In this document: positions 1-16,600 of the stretch, piece after piece
Layout of the letters: the number at the start of each line of letters is the position of its first letter
How positions within the stretch are numbered: the stretch's first letter is position 1
Source: Anaeramoeba ignava BMAN
Lineage: Eukaryota > Protista > Anaeramoebae
DNA: 64,000 nucleotides
NCBI GenBank assembly: GCA_028826165.1
Contig: JAPDFW010000111.1
Coordinates: forward strand, 122,595 to 186,594
Direction of reading: 5' to 3'
Position numbers and translations under genes: made by a program
Notes under the pieces: model-generated
Databases searched by the model: none
Told to the model about the DNA's origin: nothing
The model's input: the letters and a program-made list of their open reading frames with translations, nothing else

Positions 1-834
1 GTAATATTATGGATTAACATTTGGAAAGCATCAGGAAAAATTTGATTTGGAGAATTTTGAGATGAAAAAGAAGAATGTTTAATTGAATAGTCATCTTTTT
101 TATTTTTATCTTTTTGGGAAGATTTAGCAAAAGGTTCTTCATAAATTTCTTGACAATTCATTTTATAAGGAAGACCCAAATCAAAAATTCTTGCCAAATT
201 ATTGACCAAAATGACAAGAAATTGAAGCGCAATAATATTTTCAACACTATAATTTCCACTTAAATTTGAATTTGGAAATTTTAATAATTTTTCATCAATA
301 ATTGCATATTCAATTTTGGATATTTGATAAATTGGAATAATTTCAAACAATTCTTTACAAAAACGAATTCTTTTTTGATATAAATTATCAGAAACTGTTG
401 AATAAAGTTTTTCCAAATTTTCTTGTTGTAAATTTTGTGATTGATTGATATCATTCTAAAAAATTGAATTAAAAAATTGAATTAAAATTTATAATTTAAA
501 AATTTGTTTTTATTTTATCAACTTTTTTAAATTGGATTTCTTGATCCATTTTTTGAATAAGTTTTTTTGTTTTTGTTAATAATTTCTGTTTTTTGTTTTC
601 TTCTTGTTTTTTGATTTCTTCAATTTCTTTTTTTGCTTCTTCAATTCTATTAAGAAGATATTCTTTTCTTGTTTTAAATAAATGAATATTTTGTGATTTT
701 TTTGTTTTTTTTGAATGTTCTTGAATTTTTTCTAATGCTTTTTTTCTTAATTCATTTGCTTCTTTTTTTAATTCTTTTAAATTTTGGAAATTAATTTGAA
801 CTTCTTCAAAATCATATTGATTTTGATTTATCAT
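1..834 (-). CDS. UVRAG/Vps38/Atg14-like coiled-coil protein (PI3K class III complex subunit), 3' end runs off window
   Basis: Exon 1 (ATG 834) is coiled coil. After a TAG acceptor the exon from 455 reads openly: NDINQSQ...KRIRFCKELFEIIPI...NIIALQFLVILVNNLARIFDLGLPYKM...FPDAFQMLIHNI. This resembles the AL..V..L...L.LPY and F..A..LL..NI motifs of the UVRAG/Atg14 C-terminal domain. The donor site is uncertain. Confidence 0.6.
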
Positions 835-951
835 TTTATAATTGAAATAAAAATGAAAAATGAAAAATGAAAAAAATGAAAAAAATGAAAAATAATTTTT
901 TCCGATTTTTTATTTTTATTCTAAAAAAATAATTATTATTATTCTTTTTAT

Positions 952-3196
<2,245 letters not shown>

Positions 3197-3334
3197 TATA
3201 ATTTAATTTTTAAAAAAAAATTATAAAAATAAAAATGGAAAAAGTTGTTTTGAAAATTTATTTTTTTTTGTTGATTTCAAAAAAAGAGAAAAATTTTTTT
3301 TAAGTTTTCCAATTCTTCTTTTTCTTCTTTTTTA

Positions 3335-4156
3335 ATTTGAATTTAATTTTGATTTGATTTTAATTTTGATTTGATTTTAATTTTGATTTAATTTTGATTT
3401 AATATTGATTTAATTTTGATTTAATTTTGATTTTGATTTAATTTTGATTTAATTTAATTTTGATCTAATTTTAATTTAATTTTAATTTAATTTTAATTTT
3501 GATTTATTTTGATTTAATTTTAATTTGATTTTAATTTGGATTTAATTTTGATTTAATATTGGTTTAATTTTAATTTAATTTAAATTGATTTAATTTAATA
3601 TTAATTTAATTTTGATTTAAATTTAATTTAATTTTGATTTAATTTTGATTTAATATTAATTTAATTTTGATTTAAATTTAATTTAATTTTGATTTAATTT
3701 TGATTTTGATTTAATTTTGATTTTGATTTTGATTTTGATTTAATTTTGATTTAATTTTGATTTTAATTTAATTTTGATTTTAATTTTGATTTAATTTTGA
3801 TTTAATTTTGATTTAATATTGATTTAATTTTGATTTAATTTTGATTTAATTTTGATTTAATTTTGATTTAATTTTAATTTTAATTTAATTTTGATTTTGA
3901 TTTTGATTTTTATTTTGATTTTGATTTAATTTTGATTTAATTTTGATTTAATTTTGATTTAATTTTGATTTAATATTGATTTAATTTTGATTTAATTTTG
4001 ATTTAATTTTGATTTAATTTTGATTTAATTTTAATTTAATTTTAATTTAATTTTGATTTAATTTTGATTTAATTTTGATTTTTTTGATTTAATTTTTGAT
4101 TTAATTTTGATTTAATTTTGATTTAATTTTAATTTAATTTTGATTTAATTTTAATT
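3335..4156. repeat. Intergenic (TTTTGATTTAA)n low-complexity repeat
   Basis: Directly visible; lies between the PAK1IP1 stop and the Rab promoter. Confidence 0.9.
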
Positions 4157-5937
4157 TTAATTTAATTTTGATTTAATTTTGATTTGTTTTTTCTTTTTCT
4201 TTTTGATTTGTTTTTGATTTGATTGTTTTTGATTTGATTGCTTTTGATTTGTTTGTTTTTGATTTATTTGTTGTTTATTTTGATTTTGATTTATTCCTTT
4301 TTGATTTGTTTTTTTCTTCTTTTTTGTTTGATTTTGATTTATTTGTTGTTTATTTTGTTTTTGATTTATTTCTTGATTTTGATTTATTTCTTTTTTTCTT
4401 TTTTTGTTTTTGTTTTTGTTTTTGTTTTTGTTTTTGTTTTTGTTTTTGTTTTTGTTTTGATTGTTTAATAAATTTTGATTTTTATCAATTATAGCAACAG
4501 AAGTTATTCTAACATTAATATTTCTTTCTGAAATTAATTCAATTTTGATTTTATTATTTGATTTATCATTTTCTTCTAATAAAACACTCCATATTTTAAT
4601 TCCTCCATCGATTGAAACTGAAACAATAGTATATAAATTATTTTCATTTAAATTTTTGATAACTTGAATTTCCCGAATTCTAAATTGTTGATGAATTACA
4701 TTTCCAAATTTTTCAAAAGAAAATAATTATTGTATAAAATAATGAATTAATTGAATAAATATAAATATAAATATTTTTTTCTACCGTTTTTCATGTGCAT
4801 TTTCTACATTTTCTAAACAAATACCATCAGAAATGCTCCAAAAATTTAATTTACAATCAATTCCACCTGAAACTAAAATATTATTTGTCAAATAATCGAT
4901 AGAAAAATTAGTATTATCATCTTCAATCACTCTAATAATTTCTCCAGTCTAATCAAAATAAACATATAAAACAATCAAACAATCAATCCAAACCATAAAT
5001 AATTTTTGAATAACAAAAATCAAACAAATCAAATGAATAAGTGAATAAAAAGAAGGATTTTTTTTCTTAAATTGAATAAAATTGAAAATGAATAATACAG
5101 TTCCATTATGAACTTCAATTTTTTTAGAAAAACTAATTGCAAAATTTTCTCCTGAAGGAGACCATTTGATATTATTTGGTAAAGATGTTATTTTATCAGT
5201 AAAAACAGGACATCCTTTAATTAAATTCCACATTCTTAATGTTTTATCTTGTCCAATAGACAAACCTAATCTTCCTGAAGGATGAAGTGCAAAATCAATA
5301 ATTGATCCAACATGTCCTGTAAGTGTATGTAATGATTCAAAATCTGAAGTTCTCCATATTATTATTTCTCCATCTGAACTGCAACTTATTAAGTTTTGAG
5401 ATTTGAAAAAAACAAGTTTGTTCACAGTTGCTTTTCAATTTTTAATTTATAATTTAATTTATTTAGAAATTTATTTATAATTTTATTTATAATTTAATTT
5501 ATAATTATATTTATAATTTTATTTATAATTTTATTTATAATTTTATTTATAATTTTATTTATAATTTATAATTTTCTTCTAAAAATTATTTTAAAATATA
5601 TTTTTCAAAATACCTTTATGACCAAAAATTGAATTTAATTTTTTTTTATAATTTTAATTTATAACACTTTTTATTTGAAATTAAAAATAAAAATTAAAAT
5701 TAAAATTCAATTAATATTTTACTGAATAATTTCATCAACTCCAGCTGAATTTTAAAAATTTTTATTGAAATTTTTATTTAAATTTTTTTAATTAATGCTT
5801 TATGATTTAATTTTAATTTGAGAAAAATTTAATTTTATAATTCAAATTCTGTTCTTTTCATTTATAATTTTTATTTATAATTTATTTTAATTTTATTTAA
5901 TTTTTTGGCAATCATAAGTTCCAATAAAAATTTCCAT
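4157..5937 (-). CDS. PAK1IP1: PAK1IP1/Mak11-like WD40 60S biogenesis factor; 5' exons garbled
   Basis: Start MEIFIGTYD. WD repeats include LISCSSDGEIIIW, GHVGSIIDFALHPSGRLGLSIGQDKTLRMWNLIKG, AHEKR|IREI and VSVSIDGGIKIW, followed by NVRITSVA and a K/Q/N-rich tail to TAA at 4157. Region 5630-5900 has stops and frameshifts. Confidence 0.85.
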
Positions 5938-5992
5938 TTTAAATTGTTTTTAAAAATGAAAAATGAAAAATTTTTCCGATTTTATTATTTTT

Positions 5993-7018
5993 CTAAAAAG
6001 AAATAATTGGTTTAATATCTTTAATAATTTGAACAAGAAATCCAATTTTAATTTTTATAATTAATTTTTTTTATTTTAATTTAATTTTAATTTAATTTTT
6101 CATTAATTTTTCTAAAATTGCTTTAATTTTTTCTTCTAATTTTATTGAATTTTTCAAAACACTTTTTATTTGAAATTAAAAATAAAAATTAAAATTAAAA
6201 TGTTTTTAGACTAATTTTTCACTAGTTAAAGTTTTAATTAAAAATTGGAACTTTCATTTTGAATTTTTTAATTTAAAAGTTTTAAGTTCAAAGAATCTAA
6301 AATGAAAAATGAAAAATTTTTCGTAATTGAAAATAATTTCTTCAACTCTTGAAATATAACTTTTCATTAATTTTTCATTAATTTCTTTCAATTTCTTTAA
6401 ATGAATTTTTCAAATTATTCAAAGGATGTTTTTGATCAATTTTGATTTTAAATAATTAAAAATTTTTGATTAAAATTAAAATTTGAAGAATCTAAAATAA
6501 AAATAATTTTTCTTTTTGAAAGAAATTGTTGGAAAAAGTTTTTCCATTTTTGATCAAAAAATAAAAATAAAAATAAAAATAAAAATTTTTGATTTTCTTT
6601 TTTGATTGTAAAAATAAAAATAAAAAAATAAATTTTTTGATTTTGTTTTTGATTGTTTTTTTACTTGTTGAAATAAAGTTGTTTTTCCTGAATTTTTTAA
6701 TCCAAGTAATAAAATTGTTGTTGGAATTTTTTTTGGAATTTTTTTTGCTTTTTTTAAAATAAAATCAACTATTAATGCAAACATTAAAACAAATATAAGC
6801 CAAAATATAAAAACAATTAATAAACTTGGATAACCAGGAAATAATTTTCCAACAAAATTATCAGCTTTTTCAAGAATTTCAATTAAAAATTCAAAAAAAA
6901 AACTTAAGTAATATAAAATATAAGATGATAAAGGAAGTTCAGTAACAATAAAATTATCATCTTCAAAAGAATCTGATTCAGAAACATTTGTTTCAATAAA
7001 AAATTGATTATTTTCCAT
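5993..7018 (-). CDS. SRPRB: Signal recognition particle receptor beta subunit; 3' part garbled
   Basis: An N-terminal TM helix (LLIVFIFWLIFVLMFALIV) and basic patch precede TILLLGLKNSGKTTLFQQ|GT, the typical SRbeta layout. Downstream sequence (6000-6555) keeps only remnants, so the 3' end is approximate. Confidence 0.65.
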
Positions 7019-7100
7019 TTTGAGAACAAAAAAAAAGAAAAAAATGAAATTATTTTTTTTTTGAAAATAAAATTTTTTGGAAATCAAATTTTTTGGAAAA

Positions 7101-10100
7101 TCAAAAATCTTTAAAATAAGTAATTGGAAAATATCCTTTTTGATTATTAATTATTCCTTCCCACCATTCTTCATAATTTTTAAATGTAATTTGAACAACA
7201 TCTCCTGCTCTAAAACTTAATTCATCTTGTTTTTGAGCTTCATAATCTTTCATTGCAACCATTTTTTTTCTTTTAATTACTCTTTTTATTTGATCTTTTC
7301 CACCAAAAATTTCATCATTAAAAATAATTGTTTCATCATCAATAGAAAAAATTTTGTCTTCTTTATTATTTGATGGATTTTCTATTTTTTCATAGAAATA
7401 AAGAAAATCAAAATGACAATATCCTTCTTTTCCTAGTAATTTTACAATAAACCATCCTTCTTCTTTAATTTCTATAATTTCAACACAATCTCCTTTTTTT
7501 AATGCAATTTCTCTTTCTTCACTTTTACTAAAATCCCATTTAGCAATTGCAATAAATTTTCCTTCTCTGATTTTATCTGCTTTTTTTTGGATAATTTTAA
7601 ATAATTCTTCTTGTTTCTCATTAAATCCTATTTCTTCATATATTTCAAGAAAATAAATTGGAATATTTCCTTCTTTTTCTTGAAATTTTATTCTAAATTC
7701 TTTTTCATTTAATTGTGCAATAATTTCAACATATTCTCCTTTTTTTAATGAAATTTCTTTTTCGTTATTTGTTATATAATCTGATTTCAAAATTCCAATT
7801 TGTTTTTTTCTTTCCAAACTTATATCTTTTGATAAATCATCCTAAAATCAAAAATATAATAAAAAATATTTTTCAATTTAATATTTTTGAATTTAATATT
7901 TTTAAATTTAATATTTTTGAATTTAATATTTTTGAATTTAATATTTTTAATTTTAATATTTTTGATTTAATATTTTTAAATTTAATATTTTTAAATTTAA
8001 TATTTTTTAATTTGATATTTTTTAAATTTAATATATTTTTTAAATTTAATATTTTTGAATTTTGAAAAATATTTACCAATGCATTATTAAGAAATTTATG
8101 TTTATATAATTCTTCTCTTGAAATTCTTTGTTTTGGATTAACAGTTAATAATTTTTGAACTAAATCATTACATTCTTTTGGATATTTTTTCTAAATATTT
8201 ATTTAATAATTTTTAAATTTATTATTTAAATTCATTTAATTTATTTATTTATTTTTATTTATTACTAAAAATTTTTTTGGAAGACTTTTAACTGTAACTT
8301 TTTTGAATTGTTTTTTTAAATTCTTGGATAAAAATATTTTAAAAGCAGCATTTCCTGTTAACATTTCATATAAAATTGCACCTAAACTCCAAAAATCAGC
8401 TTTCCATGAATAAGACTCATGAAGTAGAACCTAATTTTAATTTTAATTTTAATTTTAATTTTAATTTTAATTTTAATTTTAATTTTAATTTTAATTTTAA
8501 TTTTAATTTTAATTTTTAATTTTAATTTTAATTTTAATTTTAATTTTAATTTTAATTTTAATTTTAATTTTAATTTTAATTTTAATTTTAATTTTAATTT
8601 TAATTTTAATTTTAATTTTTAATTTTTAATTTTAATTTTAATTTTAATTTTAATTTTAATTTTAATTTTAATTTTAATTTTAATTTTAATTTTAATTTTA
8701 ATTTTAAATTTAATTTTAATTTTATTTTTAATTTTAATTTTAATTTTAATTTTAATTTTAATTTTAATTTCAATTTTGATTTTAAATTTTAATTTTGATT
8801 TTATTTTTAATTTTAATTTTAATTTTTAAATTATTTTACTTCAGGTGCCATATATGAAGGTGTTCCAACAGTAGACATTAAATGAAGTGATTTTTTCATT
8901 TCTTCTTCTTTAATTTGTTTTGAAAGACCAAAATCACATACTTTTATTGTATAACCAAATTTAGATTTTGGATCTTTTTTAAGTAAAATATTAGCAGGTT
9001 TTAAATCACGATGAATAATTCTTTGATCATATAAATATTTTAAAGCTCTCACTAATAAAAAAAAATTAAAATAAATATTTTGATTTAAATTTAATTTTGA
9101 TTTAAATTGATTTTTGATTTAAATTTATTTTTTTTCCGATTTTGATTTTAATTAATTTTGATTTAATTATCTTGATTTAAATTGATTTTGATTTAAATTT
9201 ATTTTTTTTCCGATTTTGATTTAGATTTATTTTAATTTAAATTAATTTTGATTTAAATTAATTTTGATTTAAATTAATTTTTATTTAAATTAATTTTGAT
9301 TTAAATTAATTTTTATTTAAATTAATTTTTATTTAAATTAATTTTGATTTAAATTAATTTTGATTTAATTTTATTTTGATTTAAATTTATTTTGATTTAA
9401 ATTAATTTTGATTTAAATTTTAATTTTAATTTAAATTGATTTTGATTTAAATTGATTTTGATTTAAATTGATTTTGATTTAAATTTATTTTGATTTAATT
9501 TAATTTTGATTTAAATTAATTTTTATTTAAATTGATTTTTGATTTAATTTTATCTTGATTTAATTTTATTTTGATTTAAATTGATTTTGATTTAAATTTA
9601 TTTTGATTTAAATTTATTTTGATTTAAATTTATTTTGATTTAATTTTATTTTAATTTAAATTGATTTTGATTTAAATTTATTTTGATTTAATTTTATTTT
9701 AATTTAAATTGATTTTGATTTAAATTGATTTTGATTTAAATTGATTTTGATTTAAATTGATTTTGATTTAAATTGATTTTGATTTAAATTGATTTAAATA
9801 TAAAATAATAACCTGTTTGTGTGAAAATTTCTTTAATTTCTTCAATTGGAATCAATTCTTTTTTATTTTTTTTATCTTCCAAGTAAGTTCTTAAACTTCC
9901 CATATCACAATATTCCATAATAACAAAAACTTCCATAACTTCTCTCTTTTTTATTTAAATTTAAAATTAAAATCAAAATTAAAATTAATATTAAAATTTA
10001 AATTAAAATTAAAATTAAAATTTAAATTAAAATTTAAATTAAAATTTAAATTAAAATCAAAATTAAAATTAAAAATTAAATTAAAAAAGGAATCAAAAAT

Positions 10101-10392
10101 AAAATACATTTATAAAATTTTCTGGTTCAACAAAAAATAATTCAATAACATTTTCATGATGAACTTGTTTCATAATTTCAATTTCTAATTGAGTACTTCT
10201 TCTTACATTTAGACCTTTGATTTTTCCTAAAAAAATCTTTTTTATTGCACATTCTTTGTTGTTATCTAAAGTTCTTCCTAAATAAACTTTGCCAAAACTT
10301 CCTTTTCCAATATTTTTTGTTGCTTTAAAATTCTTTCTTTTAAATAAAAAGGATTTTGATTTTTTTTTTGGTTTATTTTTTAATTTCTTCAT
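7101..10392 (-). CDS. ULK/Atg1-like Ser/Thr kinase fused to three SH3 domains (copy A, intact), 6 exons
   Basis: Kinase motifs [62 protein letters not shown] and [17 protein letters not shown]. The last exon has three SH3s (e.g. [20 protein letters not shown]...WWEG...GYFP). Confidence 0.9.
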
Positions 10393-10604
10393 TTATTAAA
10401 AAAAAATAGTTAATTTTAAATTGGAAATTTTAAAGGAAAAAATGAAAAAATGAAAAAATGAAAAAATAAAAATGAAAAAATGAAAAACAGGAAAAAAAAA
10501 TGGAATTTATTTTGTTTTGTTTTGTTTTGTTTTAAAATTTTTTTCCGAATTTAATATTTTTAAATTTGATTTATTTATAATTTTATTTATTTTAATTTGG
10601 AAAA

Positions 10605-13435
10605 TCAAAAATCTTGGAAATAAGCAATTGGAAAATATCCTTTTTTATTATTAATTATTCCTTCCCACCATTCTTCATAATTTTTAAATGTAATTTCAAC
10701 AATATCTCCTGTTCTAAAACTTAATTCATCTTGTTTTTGAGCTTCATAATCTTTCATTGCAACCATTTTTTTTCTTTTAATTATTCTTTTTATTTGAAAT
10801 TCTTTTTTTTCAAATAAATAAAGAAAAGAGAATGGAGCATAACCTTTATCTTCTTTTTCTTGCAGTTTCACAATACACCATCCACTTTTCAAAATTTTTA
10901 TAATTTCAACACAATCTCCTTTTTTCAATGAAATTTCTCTTTCAAAAAATTTTGGATAATCCCATTTAGTAATTCCAATAATTTTTCTCTTTTGAATTTT
11001 TTGAGCTTTTTTTCGGATTATTTGATAAAATTCTTCATCATTATATTTATTATTATATTGATTATTATATTGATTATTATTATATTGATTATTATTATAT
11101 TGATTATTATTATATTGATTATTATTATTTTGATTATTATATTGATTATTATTTTGATTATTATTTTGATTATTATTATTATTATTCATTTCTTCATATA
11201 TTTCAAGAAAATAAATTGGAATATTTCCTTCTTTTTCTTTAAATTTTATTTGGAATTCTTTTTCATTTAATTGTGCAATAATTTCAACATATTCTCCTTT
11301 TTTTAATGAAATTCCTTTTTCATTATTTGTTATATAATCTGATTTCAAAATTCCAATTTGTTTTTTTCTTTCCAAACTTATATCTTTTGATAAATCATCC
11401 TAAAATCAAAAATATAATAAAAAATATTTTTTAAATTTAATATTTTTAAATTTAATTTTTTTGGATTTAATATTTTTAAATTTAATATTTTTCAATTTAA
11501 TATTTTTTAAATTTAATATTTTTGAATTTAATATTTTTAAATTTAATATTTTTTAAATTTAATATTTTTTAAATTTAATATTTTTTGGATTTAATATTTT
11601 TCAATTTAATATTTTTAAATTTAATATTTTTCAATTTAATATTTTTAAATTTAATTTTTGAATTTAATTTAATATTTTTGAATTTAATATTTTTTGAATT
11701 TAATATTTTTTGAATTTTGAAAAATATTTACCAATGCATTATTAAGAAATTTATGTTTATATAATTCTTCTCTTGAAATTCTTTGTTTTGGATTAACAGT
11801 TAATAATTTTTCAATTAAATAATTACATTCTTTTGGATATTTTTGCTAAATATTTATTTGATAATTTTTAAATTTATTATTTAAATTCATTTAATTTATT
11901 TATTTTTATTTATTACTAAAAATTCTTCTGGAAGACTTTTAAATCTAATTTTTCTTAATTCTTGTTTTAAATCCTCCAAGGAAAATATTTTAAAAGCAAT
12001 ATTTCCTGTTAACATTTCATATAAAATTGTACCTAAACTCCAAAAATCAGCTTTCCATGAATAAGGTTCAAAGAATAAAACCTAATTTTAATTTTATTTT
12101 TGATTTTGATTTTATTTTTAATTTTAATTTTAATTTTAATTTATTTTACTTCAGGTGCCATATATGAAGGTGTTCCAACAGCAGATGTTAATTGAAGTGA
12201 TTTTTTCATTTCTTCTTCTTTAATTTGTTTTGAAAATCCAAAATCACATAATTTTATTGTATAACCAAATTTAGATTTTGGATCTTTTTTAAGTAAAATA
12301 TTAGCAGGTTTTAAATCACGATGAATAATTCTTTGATCATATAAATATTTTAAAGCTCTCACTAATAAAAAAAAATTAAAATAAATATTTTGATTTAATT
12401 TTATTTTTTTTCCGATTTTGATTTAAATTTATTTTGATTTAATTTAACTTTGATTTAAATTGATTTTGATTTAAATTTATTTTGATTTAATTTGATTTTG
12501 ATTTAAATTTATTTTGATTTAAATTGATTTTGATTTAATTTAATTTTGATTTAAATTGATTTTGATTTAAATTTATTTTGATTTAATTTGATTTTGATTT
12601 AAATTGATTTTGATTTAAATTGATTTTGATTTAAATTGATTTTTGATTTAATTTGGTTTTGATTTAAATTTATTTTGATTTAAATTTATTTTGATTTAAT
12701 TTAATTTTGATTTAAATTGATTTTGATTTAAATTTATTTTGATTTAAATTTATTTTGATTTAAATTAATTTTGATTTAAATTAATTTTGATTTAAATTGA
12801 TTTTGATTTAAATTGATTTTGATTTAAATTTGGTTTTGATTTAATTTTATTTTGATTTAAATTTATTTTGATTTAAATTTATTTTTTATTTAAATTGATT
12901 TAAATATAAAATAATAACCTATTTGTGTGAAAATTTCTTTAATTTCTTCAATTGGAACCAATTCTTTTTTATTTTTTTTATCTTCCAAGTAAGTTCTTAA
13001 ACTTCCCATATCACAATATTCCATAATAACAAAAACTTCCATAACTTCTCTCTTTTTTATTTAAATTTAAAATTAAAATTAAAAATTTTTTTGGAATTAA
13101 AAATGGAATCAAAAGTAAATTACATTTATAAAATTTTCTGGTTCAACAAAAAATAATTCAACAACATTTTCATGATGAACTTTTTTCATAATTTCAATTT
13201 CATCAATTGTTTTATTTTTCTTTTATTTTTGGATAAATGAAAGGAAATCATCAAAAATAACTGTTTTTATTTTTGCAAAAATAAACAATTTTTATTTTCT
13301 TTTATTTTTAAAGTTCTTATTAAATAAACTTTGCCATTAAAACCTCCTGTTCCAATAATTTTTTATTTTAAATTAAATTTTTTAAATTTAAATAAAAAAT
13401 ATTTTGATTTTTGGTTTATTTTTTAATTTCTTCAT
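10605..13435 (-). CDS. ULK-like kinase-3xSH3 paralog (copy B); exon 1 carries in-frame stops (pseudogene or consensus error)
   Basis: Same six-exon structure as copy A, with exons 2-6 open and HRD/DFG/APE intact. Exon 1 reads [42 protein letters not shown]. An (NNNQY)n insert lies between SH3-1 and SH3-2. Confidence 0.8.
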
Positions 13436-13621
13436 TTATTAAAAATATTTAAATTTTTAAAGGAAAAATGAAAAATGAAAAATGAAAAACAGGAAAAATA
13501 TTTTTAAATTTATTTTTAAATTTTATTTTTGTTTTATTTTGTTTTGTTTTAAAATTTTTTTCCGAATTTAAAATTTTTAAATTTGATTTATTTATAATTT
13601 TATTTATTTTAATTTGGAAAA

Positions 13622-16600
13622 TCAAAAATCTTTAAAATAAGCAATTGGAAAATATCCTTTTTTATTATTAATTATTCCTTCCCACCATTCTTCATAATTT
13701 TTAAATGTAATTTCAACAATATCTCCTGTTCTAAAACTTAATTCATCTTGTTTTTGAGCTTCATAATCTTTCATTGCAACCATTTTTTTTCTTTTAATTA
13801 CTCTTTTCTTTGTTTGAACTTTTTCACCAAGAAGTTCATCATTAAAAATAATTTTTTCATCATTAATAGAAAAAATTTTGTCTTCTTTATCATTATTATT
13901 ATTGTTATTTGATTTTTCATTTAATTTTTCATTTAATTTTTCATTTAATTTTTCATTTAATTTTTCATTTAATTTTCCTTAATTTTTCATTTAATTTTTC
14001 ATTTTGATTAAAAATATTAAAATCATTATCCTTCTCAGTTTTGCTTTCTTGATCGTTAATATTATTTTCATTTATTTTGACATTTAATTTTGGTTTTAAA
14101 TTTGATTTTAAATTTGAAATTGGATTTGAAATAGAATTTGAATATGAATTTGAAAGTGAATTTAAATTTAATTTTGAATTTTGATTTGAATTAGATTTAG
14201 ATTTAGATTTAGATTTAGATTTAGATTTAGATTTAGATTTAGATTTAGATTTAGATTTAGATTTAGATTTAGATTTAGATTTAGATTTAGATTTAGATTT
14301 AAATTTTGATTTTGAATTTGAATTTGAATTTGATTTTGATTTTGAATTTGATTTTGATTTTGATTTTGGATTTGAATTTGAAAGTGAAATTGGATTTGAA
14401 TTTGAAAGTGAAATTGGATTTGAATTTGAAAGTGAAATTAAATCTAATTTTGGTTTTGAATTTGAATTAGATTTAGATTTAGATTTAGATTTAGATTTAG
14501 ATTTAGATTTAGATTTAGATTTAGATTTATGTTTTGATATTGAATTTGAAATAGAAATTGGATTTGAAATAGAATTTGAATTTGATATTGAATTTGAAAT
14601 TAAATCTAGTTTTGATTTAACATTTGATTTAGAATTTGATTTAGAATTTGATTTAGAATTTGATTTAGAATTTGATTTAGAATGATGTTTTGAATGATGT
14701 TTTGAATGATGTTTTGAATGATGTTTTGAATGATGTTTTGAATGATGTTTTGAATGATGTTTTGAATGATGTTTTGAATGATGTTTTGAATGATGTTTTG
14801 AATGATGTTTTGATTTTGATTTTAATTTTGATTTATGTGGTGATTTCTGTTTTAAATTTGATTTTAATATTGATTTTTGTTTTGTGTTTGATTTAGGTTT
14901 TGATTTTGATTTCAATTTATTTTTTGATTTTATTGATTCTTTCAATTCAGATTTAGATTTAGATTTAGATTCAGATTCAGATTCAGATTCAGATTTAGAT
15001 TTAGATTTAGATTTAGATTTAGATTTAGATTTAGATTTAGATTTAGATTTAGATTTTAATTTTTGTTTTGGTTTTGATTTTGATTTTGATTTTGATTTTG
15101 ATTTTATTGATTCTTTCAATTCAGATTTTGATTCAGATTCAGATTTAGATTTAGATTTAGATTTAGATTTAGATTTAGATTTTAATTTTTGTTTTGGTTT
15201 TGAATTTGATTTTGATTTTGATTTTGATTTTGATTTTGATTTTGATTTTGATTTTGATTTTGATTTTGATTTTGATTTTGATTTTGATTTTGATTTTGAT
15301 TTTGATTTTGATTTTGATTTTAATTTTTGTTTTGTGTTTGATTTAGGTTTTGATTTTGATTTTTGTTTTGTGTTTGATTTAGGTTTTGATTTTGATTTCA
15401 ATTTATTTTTTGATTTTATTGATTCTTTCAATTCAGATTCAGAATCAGATTCAGATTCAGATTTAGATTTTGATTTTGGTTTTGGTTTTGATTTTGATTT
15501 TGGTTTTGATTTTGATTTTGGTTTTGATTTTGATTTTGATTTTGATTTTGATTTTAATTTTTGTTTTGTGTTTGATTTAGGTTTTGATTTTTGCTTTGTG
15601 TTTGATTTAGGTTTTGATTTTGATTTCAATTTATTTTTTGATTTTATTGATTCTTTCAATTCAGATTTAGATTCAGATTCAGATTCAGATTTAGATTTTG
15701 GTTTTGATTTTGGTTTTGATTTTGATTTTGGTTTTGATTTTGATTTAGGTTTTGATTTTGATTTTGATTTTGATTTTGGTTTTGATTTAGATTTAGATTT
15801 TGATTTTGGTTTTGATTTTAATTTTAATTTTGTGTTTGATTTTGATTTTGATTTTGATTTTGATTTTGATTTTGATTTAGATTTTATTGATTCTTTCAAT
15901 TCTGATTCTGATTCTGATTTTGATTGTGATTGTGATTGTGATTGCGATTGTGATTGTGATTGCGGTTGAGATTGTGATTCTGATTGTGGCTGAGATTCTG
16001 ATTCTGATATTGGCTTTGGTTCCTGATCAAATATAGCTTGGTTTTGAATTTGGTTTAGATTTTGATTTTTATTTTGATTTTGATTTTTATTTTGATTTTG
16101 AATTTGAATTTGATTTTGAATTTGATTTTGATTTTGAATTTGATTTTGATTTTGATTTTGATTTTGATTTTGATTTTGATTTTGAATTTGATTTTGAATT
16201 TGATTTTGAATTTGATTTTGATTTTGATTTTGATTTTGATTTTCGAGTTCAAAGGATATTCTTAATTGATATTCTTGTATGAATTGTAAATTTGAATTAG
16301 ATTTAGAAGTTGAATTTGAATTAGATTTACTCTCAGATTTGGTATCATATTGAATTTCAGATTTATCTTCATTTTCAGAGAAAGTTTGTGATTTTAATTT
16401 GTAAGTGTCTTTAAATTTTGATGTTACTAAAAGAGGATCATTTAAATATTTTGATTTTGGCTTTGATTTTGATTTTTTATCAGATTTGTCTGTCTTATTT
16501 TGTTTTGATCTTTTTTCTGATCTTAAATTTGAATTTGAATTTGTATTTGAATTTGTATTTGAATTTGTATTTGAATTTGTATTTGAATTTGTATTTGAAT

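Noticed and set aside
13200-13435. Alternative genetic code (TAA read-through) to explain in-frame stops
   Set aside because: TAA and TGA terminate conserved proteins at the expected positions (Rab, PSMA1, ICMT, BUD31, FTHFS), and the stops occur only in locally garbled segments.
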